From Candidatus Marinacidobacterales bacterium (GTDB lineage Bacteria > Acidobacteriota > Vicinamibacteria > Marinacidobacterales > DATDRI01), in NCBI GenBank assembly GCA_965219415.1, contig OZ244742.1:800001-864000 (forward strand): DNA of 64,000 nt, given 5' to 3'. Below are positions 1 through 9,539 of this stretch, piece by piece; within the stretch, counting starts at the first letter, position 1; each line of letters opens with the position of its first letter. Under the pieces are notes generated by a model, which saw only the letters and a list, made by a program, of their open reading frames with translations, searched no databases and was not told where the DNA came from. A program made the position numbers and the translations under genes.

Positions 1-478
1 AGTCTTGCCCGAGCTCACGGAATTTTTCGAGGGCTTCCGCCTTAGGCATCTCCACGCGCTGATAGGGAACATTCCGACCGACGATCTCTTCCATCTTTTT
101 TTCGATAGCCTCAAGATCTTCGGGCGTGAAGGGCCGCGGCATCTGGAAATCGTAAAAGAATCCTTCCTCGGTGGGCGGGCCCACCCCGCACTTGGCCTCC
201 GGGAAGAGCTCAATGACCGCAGCCGCTAACAGATGAGCCGAACTGTGCCGGTAGATTTCGAGCATCTCGGGATCTTTGGCCGTCAGAATCTCGAGCTTTG
301 CGTCGGACTTCACTGGATGAGAAAGATCGACTTGCACGCCGTCTACCTTGGCGGCGAGCGCACGCTTAGACAAACCGCGCGAGATATCGTTCGCGATCTC
401 CTTCACGGTCTGGCCGGCGGGAACCTCCCTCTTGTTCCCATCGGGCAACGTTATCGATACGACGCGTTGATCACTCAT
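1..478 (-). CDS. thrS: Threonine--tRNA ligase, N-terminal part (runs off window)
   Basis: Manual translation of the minus strand from the ATG at 478 gives MSDQRVVSITLPDGNKREV...YRHSSAHLLAAAVIELFP...GPPTEEGFFYDF, the TGS and editing domains of ThrRS. Not in the ORF track. Confidence 0.97.
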   Translation of the reverse strand, partial: MSDQRVVSITLPDGNKREVPAGQTVKEIANDISRGLSKRALAAKVDGVQVDLSHPVKSDAKLEILTAKDPEMLEIYRHSSAHLLAAAVIELFPEAKCGVGPPTEEGFFYDFQMPRPFTPEDLEAIEKKMEEIVGRNVPYQRVEMPKAEALEKFRELGQD

Positions 479-501
479 AGTTCGAAGATAGTTTGGCCCA
501 C

Positions 502-538
502 AAAAAAATCCGCGGCGGATCGCTAGGATCCTCGCGGA
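502..538 (-). terminator. Intrinsic terminator-like hairpin downstream of tRNA-Val
   Basis: Minus strand TCCGCGAGGATC-CTAGC-GATCCGCCGCGGA followed by a T run. Confidence 0.6.
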
Positions 539-557
539 CGGCAGGATATCCAGCAAA

Positions 558-632
558 TGGTAGGCGCGGAGGGATTTGAACCCCCGACATCTACCACGTC
601 AAGGTAGCGCTCTCCCACTGAGCTACGCGCCT
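558..632 (-). tRNA. tRNA-Val(GAC)
   Basis: AGGCGCGTAGCTCAGTGGGAGAGCGCTACCTTGACGTGGTAGATGTCGGGGGTTCAAATCCCTCCGCGCCTACCA folds as a cloverleaf with anticodon GAC and an encoded CCA. Confidence 0.97.
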
Positions 633-655
633 ACAAAACACCAACGTGGCCCGGC

Positions 656-684
656 AGTATAACAAGGTGCAGGAATGGTGTCAA
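656..684 (-). promoter_or_regulatory. Sigma70 promoter of tRNA-Val
   Basis: TTGACA-17 nt-TATACT on the minus strand just upstream of the tRNA. Confidence 0.85.
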
Positions 685-947
685 CCCTTCAAACCTTTTT
701 TTTACAAGAAGATAGACCGCGAAAGGGCGGATCCCGTGGGCTGATCTCGTCATTGGTGCATTGACGGGAGGGTGTCGGGGATCGGGAGGGCGATGCGGTG
801 GGCCGGTCTTGGAGAAGTCCTTCAAGACCATATAGTCCAGGTCCACTATCCCCGACAAAAAACGAGTGCAGATCATGCAAGAGAAAAAGAGCCTATATAG
901 GTAACCTGGACTTGGTGGACTAGAAGGTCCGGCTACTCGTCGTCGCA

Positions 948-2522
948 TCACCCGATCCTCTTCTCCACGGCGCTAAAGCGTTTCTTGGTGCTCAACTCGG
1001 CCTTCACGTACACTGAAGCCTTGTAGCTCTTCGGAACCTTCCGGCCTCTCCAGTCGATCCAGATTGTCCAACGACCTCGCTTCGTGTCCGCCGAATTCCG
1101 AAACGCGACATAACCTACCTGCTCCAGTCGCCCGGGGATCTGGCGTGCGTGTTTTTTATCCCGAAGCCATTTCGCCAATTCCGGAAGATCGCCCTTGGCG
1201 AGTGCCTTCTCTTCGGTGATGGACTCCACAAGCTCGTTTACCGTGAGGCAATCGGGGTTTCCCATCTCCTCGATAGCATCGGCAAGGTCGGCCTCCTCGG
1301 GCGAGGCGTTCGTAGCGGCGATCTCGTAGAATGCTTCGGTTTTCGGCGGGGGGGCTTTTGGGTCGAACTTGGAAACGTCGCGCTCCAAGAGAAGTGCCGC
1401 GATATGCCGATTTCCGCCGCTCGCGTGCCATCCGTAGAGCTTCGTGAAGTAGTCGCTCGGAAAATCTCCGCTTGACACGTTGCTCCAGGCGACGAAGTGC
1501 CGGCGGTCGTTTCGTGGTAGGTAAATCCCAGACGACTTGTAGTTGGACGTGTAGATGGTGCCGAAGACGTTCCGGACGTGATACTGCTTGGTGTTTTTCT
1601 CGTTGCACAAAATATAGTCGGGAGGCGTCGCTAGGAAGGCTTTCGACGCCTCGTAGAATTCATACCGATTAGAGTCGCCGGTGTCTCTGACTTCTGATAC
1701 TCGAAGCAAAACACACCGTAGCCAAGGGTTGAAAGGTTCGGTCATGTGTCGAGGGGAAACCTCGCTCACATTCCAGTTGCCGAACGCATCAATAAGAAGG
1801 TCGATGACGGTATCCTTTCCGATTCCTGGATCACCGTCGAGGAAGAGGGCATGGTTGATCTTTACCCCCGGATGTTGGGCTTTGTAGCTCAGATAATCGA
1901 GGATGGGATTGGCGTCGTCGGGATAGATTCGGTTCACGTGTTCGACGAACGGTTCCGCTTTTTTCGCGTCTCCCACTTCAACACTCGCCCCTCGATAGCG
2001 ATTGAAGATGCGATTTCCTGGACTCTCGACGAGTGCGCCATCGAGTAGGATGTGATCTTCGATAACTTGTGGATCACCAGGCGACCACGTCATCTGTTCG
2101 ACGGGTCGGTGTGTCGCGATCCAAAGCGATGCCTTTTGCTTGTCCACGCTTGGAATGCGTGCGTCGACCATCTTCGCGGGCCAGAGTTTTCCCGTGGGAA
2201 GGTAGATGTACTGGCCCTCTTCCATCACAGCAAGAAAGTTATTGACTGAGAGTCGAGACGTTGCGCCACCCAACCATGTGATGAATTTTCGATAGGCTAC
2301 TTCCTTTAGGTGCTTTTCTAGATTGTCGTCAACATGCTCACCCTTTTCGATTCGGGTAGCGGTCGATTTGACGCATTCCATCCAGTCATCGACGTCGTTC
2401 CCTGTGGCTTCGGCGAGGAGTGAACCAAATTTGCGCACGTGATCGATGGGGGTGTCATTGTTCAGCAGGAAACCAGCGAGAGCCAATCGAGCGTCATGGA
2501 GGAACTTTCCTTTATCCTTCAT
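948..2522 (-). CDS. Primase-associated P-loop helicase (DUF5906/SF3-like). Probably the C-terminal part of one PrimPol-helicase gene starting at 3087.
   Basis: Walker A LDGDPGIGKDT, FNPW, IYTSN and DRRHFV motifs. Confidence 0.85.
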   Translation of the reverse strand: MKDKGKFLHDARLALAGFLLNNDTPIDHVRKFGSLLAEATGNDVDDWMECVKSTATRIEKGEHVDDNLEKHLKEVAYRKFITWLGGATSRLSVNNFLAVMEEGQYIYLPTGKLWPAKMVDARIPSVDKQKASLWIATHRPVEQMTWSPGDPQVIEDHILLDGALVESPGNRIFNRYRGASVEVGDAKKAEPFVEHVNRIYPDDANPILDYLSYKAQHPGVKINHALFLDGDPGIGKDTVIDLLIDAFGNWNVSEVSPRHMTEPFNPWLRCVLLRVSEVRDTGDSNRYEFYEASKAFLATPPDYILCNEKNTKQYHVRNVFGTIYTSNYKSSGIYLPRNDRRHFVAWSNVSSGDFPSDYFTKLYGWHASGGNRHIAALLLERDVSKFDPKAPPPKTEAFYEIAATNASPEEADLADAIEEMGNPDCLTVNELVESITEEKALAKGDLPELAKWLRDKKHARQIPGRLEQVGYVAFRNSADTKRGRWTIWIDWRGRKVPKSYKASVYVKAELSTKKRFSAVEKRIG

Positions 2523-3087
2523 GGTTCCCCCATTGGTGTAAGAGAAGCGCGAACGCTGCTAGTTGGTTCACGGACTGCACAAGCTCTTTTGCCGAAACGA
2601 GCGGCGGTTGCCCCGCGGGGATCTTTCCGTCTTGCCATTCGATGAGTTCCCCATTCGGATGAATTGAGCCGGGGAGCATAGACTGTGCTCCGAGGGTGCC
2701 GGTCGAGGTAACCCCTCGAAGCTCGACGAGCATCTGGCTGTCGATCTTGCGTTGCCTCGTCTTGATGGGACGGTCCACTAAGTAGAGAAAATGAGACGTG
2801 CGCTTGGATTCGCGACCGTAGATGAACGTAGTCTGCGGGAGAAACTCCGACGCCAGAGGTGCGACTGGCGGGAAGTCAATGTCAACGTCTACTATCCACC
2901 CATGACTTTCATCAGGTAGTACAATCTCGAACCCAAGAATGAGTCCAAGATTCTCAGAGGCATCGTCGGCGATCTGATGTATCTTCTTGGCCCAACCGCG
3001 ATCTTTGAGGGCTTTCGTACCCTTGGCGTAGGGAACAAGGCGCCAACTCCTTGCGAGGTACTCTCGGATGAGTTCGGCGGCGTTCAT
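2512..3087 (-). CDS. Bifunctional DNA primase/polymerase (Prim-Pol) N-terminal domain
   Basis: YLARSWRLVP..GTK, NLGL, VDVDID, SHFLY and LPGSIHPNGE motifs. It joins the downstream ORF if the G5 run near 2527-2531 is G4. Confidence 0.85.
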   Translation of the reverse strand: MNAAELIREYLARSWRLVPYAKGTKALKDRGWAKKIHQIADDASENLGLILGFEIVLPDESHGWIVDVDIDFPPVAPLASEFLPQTTFIYGRESKRTSHFLYLVDRPIKTRQRKIDSQMLVELRGVTSTGTLGAQSMLPGSIHPNGELIEWQDGKIPAGQPPLVSAKELVQSVNQLAAFALLLHQWGNHEG

Positions 3088-3201
3088 CAATCCGCCCTCC
3101 GCGAGAGGAGCCAGTTGATAACATCCAAGCGTAGGAAAACGTACGTTTTCCTTTTCTTCCCACTTACAGCGATTGGTTTTGGAAAGTCAGGCTCTTGTTG
3201 C

Positions 3202-4637
3202 GAGTCAAGCCCATTCTTAGTTGAAACTCTCCACGGCTCACGTTTAAGCGACCTTCTTCTTCGATACGGTTGATGTCTTCGCCTCGATCTTCAGTTCCCG
3301 CTTGAGAGCTTCGCGAAGCTTGGGAAGATGGCGGTAGCCCACCACCTTCCTCAAGCGCGGTTCGATGTCTACGAGCGCCGTTGCCAACCAGCGCTGGCGT
3401 TGGCTCGAGTTCTTCCAGTGGTCGACCTTCGCGCAGCGTTCCTCGACGAGAGCATTGACGGACTCAAGGCAGTTCGTCGTCTTGAACGAACGGCCCAGCA
3501 CCGCGTGCACGCCGAGTCGATGCAACGTCAGCGTCTCCTCGAGGCCTTCCTCCAGGCTGCCAGCTGCGGATTGGTTCCGCTCTTCTAACTCACCGTGGAG
3601 TTGCTCGAGCGCAGTGAGGGCCTCTTCGTACTCCGGCCTGTTGTAGGCCCACTGGAGCCGCTTGCGCCATGACGCCTGCTCGCCCTTGGACAGGTAGCTC
3701 ACTACGTTTTCACGTTTGTTGCCACTGGCAGCGTTGTATCAGGGCCCGCTTACGGAATGCCTTCTTGACTGCCGCTTGGAGACCCTTGCCGCCGTCGATG
3801 ATCACCAGCAGACCCTGGGAGATATCGAGTCCCCGCTCGAGCAGTGAACGCAGGAACGGCGTCAACACCTGCGCGTTCTCCGTGTCCGTCTCCACGAAGC
3901 CCAAGAAGCGTTTTTCCCCGCAAAGCGTGATGCCCAGAGCCACGACCATCGTTGCCTCGGCGAATGTCTTCCCATCCAGAAACAGCGCCACCACATCCTC
4001 GCCGGTCAGATCCCGTTCCTGCATCTCCCGCAGCTTCGCAGCGCTCGCTTGCACGAACCCTCGGGACACCGTTGAGCTCGACAGCCCGATGGCGCCCGGA
4101 ATCGCTTCCGCTGCCGCCTCGTAGTTGCGACAAGAGATTCCGTAGAGAACTCGTTTCAGCAGAAGATCATTCACCTCACCGCCGTGGCTCACCGCCTCGT
4201 AGCAGCGAAGCGGAATCTCTCCTCCCTCGATGCTCCGAACCCGTGGCACACGGATCGGTACCCGCTGGCCGCCAAGCCCTACCGTGCCCGGGTTGCTTCC
4301 GGGACGGCGACCGCGCTCCAGCTCGTCCTTGCGAGAGTATCGCTCTCCCGCCAACGCCTTCACTTCGTCGTCGAGCAACTCGTGAACGTGCATTAGACCA
4401 AGGGGGACCAACCAACGGATCATCTCTACCTTGGCGTCCAGCACGAGTTCCCCGTAATCCTCGTGCCTCACCATCTCGACCTCACCCAAACGACGCGACT
4501 TCTTGCGTTTCTTGACCGAACGTAGCAGACTTCCCATCTCGGCTCCTTTCTTCGCGGCTTGATTTTGTTTTGTCCAACGCCATCAAACCACGGGGTTTGG
4601 AGCCGTTTCAATTCCCAACTAAGATTGGCACACTTTC
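3202..4637 (-). mobile_element. IS256-family insertion sequence
   Basis: 8-bp target duplication CTTGTTGC at 3194-3201 and 4638-4645, and imperfect terminal IRs sharing CCA.TCTTAGTTG. Confidence 0.93.
3244..4537 (-). CDS. IS256-family transposase with a +1 frameshift near 3720
   Basis: ORFs 3710-4537 and 3244-3702 carry LFLDG, IIDGGKGL, QRCQW(HK) and TTNCLES motifs. One extra A breaks WHKREN. Confidence 0.9.
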
Positions 4638-5001
4638 CTTGTTGCAACCGCCAAAGGGTAGAGCGGGAAATCTTCAGAAGCCGAGCGGCTTCGTGGACGG
4701 AGACGAATGGATCGGGATCTTGCCCTGCGGGTCTAACGGATTGTTCGGAGTGGGATCTTTCGGTCACGATGCGTTGCCTTCCGCATTCGCGCCGAGTAAA
4801 TCCCCTTCATCTCGGAACTAAAATCGAACGTCTTAAGCTGGTTGTTACCAGCGACAGCCGAAGCGTCTACTAGTGCATAACACCTACTTGCGTTTGGCAT
4901 GTCGGGATACTGTGAAAGCCCGCTAGTTATAGGCCCGCTCGATTCTCGAAATGTTTTTGTCAGCATAAAAAATACCTTAGCGTCGAGTCTAGTGTGGAAA
5001 G

Positions 5002-5313
5002 TTACTTACTACTTTTTCGCTCCAGTGCTCGGAGCACGTGTTGGTAAGCCTTTGCGAATTCTTTAGGGGGTTCTGTCGCGCGGGGATGTCCCTCTGGATA
5101 CTCCCAACGGAGTACGGTCCATTGACTGCAACCCACCAACCCTGCAAGTTCCTCCTGAGACAGCCCAGCCCGCTCTCTGATCTGTCTCCGCTCTGCACGC
5201 GGCGGGAGGACAACCCTTTCCGCCTTCTTCGTCTCGAGGAGCGCATCTAACGCCGCATCCATTTTTTTCACATCAAACCTTTCCGTTTGTTTTTTACGAG
5301 TCTTCCTCCTCAT
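5002..5313 (-). CDS. XRE-family helix-turn-helix regulator
   Basis: IRERAGLSQEELAGLVGCSQWTVLRWE, preceded by an AGAGGAG RBS. Confidence 0.85.
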   Translation of the reverse strand: MRRKTRKKQTERFDVKKMDAALDALLETKKAERVVLPPRAERRQIRERAGLSQEELAGLVGCSQWTVLRWEYPEGHPRATEPPKEFAKAYQHVLRALERKSSK

Positions 5314-5324
5314 CTCCTCTGAAA

Positions 5325-5357
5325 TTGACTATAGCCTATATCAACAAGCATGTCAAT
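5325..5357 (-). promoter_or_regulatory. Sigma70 promoter of the XRE gene, bracketed by an inverted repeat
   Basis: TTGACA(5356-5351)-17 nt-TATAGT(5333-5328), with ATTGAC...GTCAAT inverted repeat. Confidence 0.7.
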
Positions 5358-5549
5358 AGTGATACCACGTTGTGGATCAGGAGGTATACCACGTGGCGTG
5401 GCTGTCATTGAACATGCTAGTTACCTTCAAGATTCAGTAGATTTCAGCTAATTTCAGGGGCTCATCTTGTATGCCGTTAAACCCTACATACCATTAGGGA
5501 TACACCTCACCCCATCGTCGGATTGACTTCGTATCGGGAGGACGGGATA

Positions 5550-7313
5550 ATGAACGTTCCGCCAGGAATCCGCATGGCTTCAACGCGACGCCCCGCAGCG
5601 ACCGCTGCTTCGACGAATATCCCCGATCTTTTGGATATTCTGTCCGCTCAGGGCACTCTGACGCCGGAGCTGGTCGAGAAGGTCAAGCGGGCTCGCAAGC
5701 TGAACCCAGGCCCCGAAGCCGACATTCTCTTACAGCTGGGCATACTGAGCGAAATCGAGATCGCTCAGGCCGTCGCGCAACACGCCAAACTCCCCTTCTT
5801 GAAGATCAATCCTCTCGATCTCGACCTCGATGTCGTCACTGGTGCTCTACCCGCCCCCTTTGCCCGCAAGCATACGATGTGTGCGATCTCGAAGCACCGA
5901 AAAGGCATCACCGTGGCGATAGCCAATCCGTTCAACCTAGCTCCGCTACGCGACCTTCAGCAGTTCGCGGGACTCGAGGTCAAGCTGGTGGTTGCCACTC
6001 GCAGCGACATCGAAATGGTCAACAAGGGTTTCTACGACCTCAAGACCTCCCTCCAAGTCGCGGAAAGCCAGCTCAACGAAGGGCGCATCTCCTCCATCGA
6101 CGTAACCAACCAAGAATTCCTCTCCGGCCCGTCAGAAGAGATGGATCCCTCGATGCAGCCGGTTGTCACGGCGCTGGATAGCCTGCTGGATCACGCGTTT
6201 GAGCAACGAGCCTCCGACATACACCTAGAGCCCAAGCGGAACATCGCCCTGGTTCGTTTGCGAATCGACGGCGTGCTCCACGACGTGCACGTCATTCCCA
6301 AGATCGTTTACCAAGCGGTGGCGAGTCGTATCAAAATGCTGAGTGGGCTCAACATCGCTGAGAAACGGCGTCCTCAGGATGGCCGAATCAAGAGAGATCG
6401 GGGCGGCAAGGAGATCGAAATTCGGGTATCGACGATGCCTACCGTCTTTGGCGAAAAATGCGTGCTCCGCGTCTTCGATCCCGACATTCTGCTCCAGTCG
6501 CTGGACGAGCTCGGCTTCTCGGAAAAGGATTTCCCGAAGTTCCAATCATTTCTCTCCCACAAGGAAGGCATCATCCTCGTTACCGGTCCGACCGGGAGCG
6601 GAAAGACCACGACGCTTTACTCGGCCCTCCGCCATCTATCGCGACCCGAGATCAACATCGTCAACATCGAGGACCCGGTCGAGTTGATCCATGACGACTT
6701 CAACCAAGTGCAGATCAGGCCTCAGATCGGGGTCACCTTCGCCAACGCCATCCGCACCGTGCTTCGCCAAGACCCTGATGTCGTGATGGTGGGAGAGATT
6801 CGAGACAACGAAACAGCCGACATGGCGGTCCAGGCTGCACTCACCGGTCACCTGGTACTTTCCACGCTACATACCAACGACGCTCCCTCGGCAATCACGC
6901 GCCTTTTGGACCTAGAGATACCGCCGTTTCTGATCACGTCTACGTTGGTCGGGATCTTGGCGCAGCGGTTAGTGCGAACGCTCTGCTCGAAGTGCGTCGA
7001 GGAGAGCAAACCCACAGAGGAGGAAGCCTTGGTCCTCCAAGTCCCCTACGAGAAAATCTCGGGGCTTCTCTTCCGTCGAGGCAAAGGCTGTATCCACTGC
7101 CGACAGACCGGCTACGTCGGCCGGAGCGGCGTGTACGAGGTCATGCCGGTCTCGTCCAAGATCCGCAAGTTGATTATCTCCAAAGCCGAAGCGCCGGAAA
7201 TCGTCCGAATCGCCCGCGAGGAAGGGATGCGATCTCTACGTGAGTCCGCTATAGAAAAGCTGGTGCGGGGAGTGTCGACGGTCTCTGAGATCCTCCGAGT
7301 TACGTCGCATTAA
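5550..7313 (+). CDS. GspE/PilB family secretion or pilus ATPase
   Basis: ASDIHLEP, PQDGRI, GPTGSGKTTT, LRQDPD, GHLVLSTLHTND and two CxxC motifs. Confidence 0.95.
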   Translation: MNVPPGIRMASTRRPAATAASTNIPDLLDILSAQGTLTPELVEKVKRARKLNPGPEADILLQLGILSEIEIAQAVAQHAKLPFLKINPLDLDLDVVTGALPAPFARKHTMCAISKHRKGITVAIANPFNLAPLRDLQQFAGLEVKLVVATRSDIEMVNKGFYDLKTSLQVAESQLNEGRISSIDVTNQEFLSGPSEEMDPSMQPVVTALDSLLDHAFEQRASDIHLEPKRNIALVRLRIDGVLHDVHVIPKIVYQAVASRIKMLSGLNIAEKRRPQDGRIKRDRGGKEIEIRVSTMPTVFGEKCVLRVFDPDILLQSLDELGFSEKDFPKFQSFLSHKEGIILVTGPTGSGKTTTLYSALRHLSRPEINIVNIEDPVELIHDDFNQVQIRPQIGVTFANAIRTVLRQDPDVVMVGEIRDNETADMAVQAALTGHLVLSTLHTNDAPSAITRLLDLEIPPFLITSTLVGILAQRLVRTLCSKCVEESKPTEEEALVLQVPYEKISGLLFRRGKGCIHCRQTGYVGRSGVYEVMPVSSKIRKLIISKAEAPEIVRIAREEGMRSLRESAIEKLVRGVSTVSEILRVTSH

Positions 7314-7315
7314 TC

Positions 7316-7584
7316 AGTGCGCGCCCGCCTTCGTTCGCTTTAGCCTGTCTAATCTAGCGAACTACGGCGAGGCCTCGCCGTAGCCGTTGGCCTGGACAGA
7401 AGACCAACGGCGAAGGCGGGCGGGGCCCCACCGCCGCCCGGCTAGCTTCGGTCAAAGCAACCACCTAATTTGGCGGCCAACAGGAATTGCGTACCCGCCT
7501 GGCTAGCTTCAGATTGGCAACAACGTATTTTGGCGGCCGACAGGTGACTCCGCTCGGGCTGTTTCGTTCGCCGGGAGGGTCTAG
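7316..7584 (-). repeat. Modular intergenic repeat, copy A (nested CCGCCTTCG...CGAAGGCGG palindrome and a tandem GGCCGCCAAA module)
   Basis: The reverse complement of 7420-7483 matches 55348-55411. The AGTGCGCGC end is shared with other copies. Confidence 0.8.
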
Positions 7585-8285
7585 CTCTTGGGAGCTGGCT
7601 CTGTCTGCTTCTTGGGAATCTCGTTCTCGTCGTAGTAGTCGATCTTGTGGAGCGGCATGACCACACTCGAGAGAATATTGAGCGCGTGGCCGCCAATGCG
7701 CTTGTAATAGCGCGAGCAAAGGACCAACACCGCGGTCGTCGCGGCATCGTGCTTAGAGCTGGCAACCCGCTGGATCAGTGACTCACATCGGTGGGCAAGG
7801 TCTCGACTCTGGTGAATGTATTGCATGGCGCGCTCACTGTCGGAGTTCGCAAAGATGTCCAGGGTGGCCTGGAAGGCGTCTTCGACACCCCGACGGATCT
7901 CCTTGAGCTCGTCAACCAGCTCGTCCTCCGGTAGCGGCGCGGAGCGAATGTCCACCAGCTCCCCCAGATTCTTCGCGTAGTCCCCTATCCGCTCCACGTC
8001 TTTGACCAGGCTCATCAATAGCAGTGAGTACGGAACGTCTTGAGTGTTTCCCGGAATCGACAAATGGGCAACGACCCTCTTACGAATCGAGCGTTCCAGC
8101 TGATTGACCCGTACATCCTGCTCGTAGATTCGGGTCCGCTCCTCGGGAGAGTTCTGGTTGTTGAAAAAAATATCGCCCGCGTGGGTCGTCATTTCGAGGG
8201 TGATCTGTAGCATCTTGGCGAACTTCTTGCCCATCGCGCTGAGCGGATTCTGCGAACGAAATATGGTGAGTAATTCACGAAGCAT
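7581..8285 (-). CDS. PhoU-domain phosphate transport regulator
   Basis: DVRVNQLERSIR, VKDVERIGDYAKN and KRIGGHALNI motifs, downstream of a Na/Pi transporter. Confidence 0.88.
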   Translation of the reverse strand: MLRELLTIFRSQNPLSAMGKKFAKMLQITLEMTTHAGDIFFNNQNSPEERTRIYEQDVRVNQLERSIRKRVVAHLSIPGNTQDVPYSLLLMSLVKDVERIGDYAKNLGELVDIRSAPLPEDELVDELKEIRRGVEDAFQATLDIFANSDSERAMQYIHQSRDLAHRCESLIQRVASSKHDAATTAVLVLCSRYYKRIGGHALNILSSVVMPLHKIDYYDENEIPKKQTEPAPKS

Positions 8286-8303
8286 GGGTATCTCCCCTAC
8301 CTA

Positions 8304-9476
8304 TCACCGAAGTGCCTTGTCCAAGATTATCAAGAGAGCCGGTACGCCGTAAAACAACCCGACCACATAGGCGAGAGCCACTTTGCGAGACTGCACCGCG
8401 CGATCGGCCAGACCGCGGGCCAGCCTCAAAGGAATCTTACGGATCGCGGACACGGGGTAAATGAGCAGCGTACCGGTGAGGTTAAAGAGCAAGTGAACCA
8501 AACCTATTTGGACACCGGCGGCGGCGTTGGGTCCGGACACAGCTAGCGAAGCCAGTAGCGCGGTGACGGTCGTACCGATGTTTGCCCCCAGAGTGATCGG
8601 AAACGCCTGTTCGAGGGTCAGCAAACCGGCTCCCGCTAACGGCACGAGCAATGCCGTCGTGATGGAGCTCGACTGAACCATGACCGTCACAATGACGCCT
8701 ATCAACATGGACAGGATCGTGCTCGAACCGAAGACACCGCCGACGTAACGTTCCACCCGAGTCTGCATGACCGAGCGCATCACCTTCACCAACAATGCCA
8801 AGGCGGTGAAGATCAATAAGGCACTCACAAAGATGACCACGACCGCCTGGCCGCGCTCGCTTTGAAACAGGAGCTTGGCGAAATCTTTGACTGGGGCGAG
8901 GCCAACCTTGAGAGCATCTTTCATCGGACTCTGGTAACTGACACCCCCGACCCCCTCGAGCGGGCCGATCAGGAAGGCGGCCGCCCCTTGCAGGAAGCCC
9001 GTCGTCAGCTCCAACGGAACCAGGATCGCGACACTCATGTAGTTGAAGAAGTCGTGGCAGGTCGCAACCGCGAAGGCTCGGCGGAACTCCTCCCGACGAC
9101 CCATGTGGGCCAACGCAACGATAGTGTTGGTAACCGTCGTGCCGATATTGGCACCCATCACCATGGGTACCGCGTTGGCGAGAGGCAATGGATTTTCCGG
9201 TGCCGCGACCAGGCCGACAATCATGGAAGTCGTCACCGAGGAGCTCTGGACGAGCGTCGTTGCCAGGATCCCTACCATCAGGCCGATAAAGGGATTTTCG
9301 GTGGCGGCAAAGAAGCCCTCCAGAAGATCTCGACCCAGCATCTTGAAGCCGTCCCCGAGCCCCTTCACTCCAATCAAGAAAACGAAAAGCAACAATAGGA
9401 TCGAGGCGAGGCGCAGCAGAAGGTGCCCCGGGGATCCCGGGCTGAGGGCGGTTGTTTCTCGGTGGGACGGATTCAT
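8304..9476 (-). CDS. nptA: Na+/phosphate cotransporter (NptA/NaPi-II family)
   Basis: Two QSSS motifs and two GANIGTT repeats. Confidence 0.92.
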   Translation of the reverse strand: MNPSHRETTALSPGSPGHLLLRLASILLLLFVFLIGVKGLGDGFKMLGRDLLEGFFAATENPFIGLMVGILATTLVQSSSVTTSMIVGLVAAPENPLPLANAVPMVMGANIGTTVTNTIVALAHMGRREEFRRAFAVATCHDFFNYMSVAILVPLELTTGFLQGAAAFLIGPLEGVGGVSYQSPMKDALKVGLAPVKDFAKLLFQSERGQAVVVIFVSALLIFTALALLVKVMRSVMQTRVERYVGGVFGSSTILSMLIGVIVTVMVQSSSITTALLVPLAGAGLLTLEQAFPITLGANIGTTVTALLASLAVSGPNAAAGVQIGLVHLLFNLTGTLLIYPVSAIRKIPLRLARGLADRAVQSRKVALAYVVGLFYGVPALLIILDKALR

Positions 9477-9539
9477 TCAGCTGAGCGGAAGTTCTGTTAT
9501 CTTGATTCGCCGCGGCAGGTCAACCTGTGAAGGTCAATT

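Larger units (their letters stand above)
3087..4767 (-). pseudogene. AlpA-family phage regulator interrupted by IS256
   Basis: Removing the IS and one TSD gives ...VSVHEAARLLKISRSTLWRLQQEPDFPKPIAVSGKKRKTYVFLRLDVINWLLSRRAD*. Its TGA overlaps the PrimPol ATG (TGATG). Confidence 0.85.
700..5400 (-). mobile_element. Phage-satellite/PICI-like replication module remnant (xre, alpA, primase-polymerase/helicase). Boundaries are approximate and no integrase is seen.
   Basis: Co-oriented XRE HTH, AlpA and PrimPol plus P-loop helicase genes lie between the tRNA-Val promoter and the PilB/GspE gene. Confidence 0.7.

Noticed and set aside
558-632. tRNA-Val as the attB site of the adjacent element
   Set aside because: The element lies 5' of the tRNA promoter and I found no duplicated tRNA segment.
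2512-2535. Primase and helicase as two genes, or a programmed frameshift
   Set aside because: Removing one G from a G5 run gives a continuous ...LLHQWGTMKDKGKFLHDARLALAG. This is most likely a homopolymer error in a single gene.
3700-3725. Programmed frameshift in the IS256 transposase
   Set aside because: IS256 transposases are single ORFs and there is no slippery site. This is one extra A, either an error or an inactivating mutation.
7316-7584. CRISPR array
   Set aside because: Only two degenerate tandem units, with no unique spacers and no cas genes.
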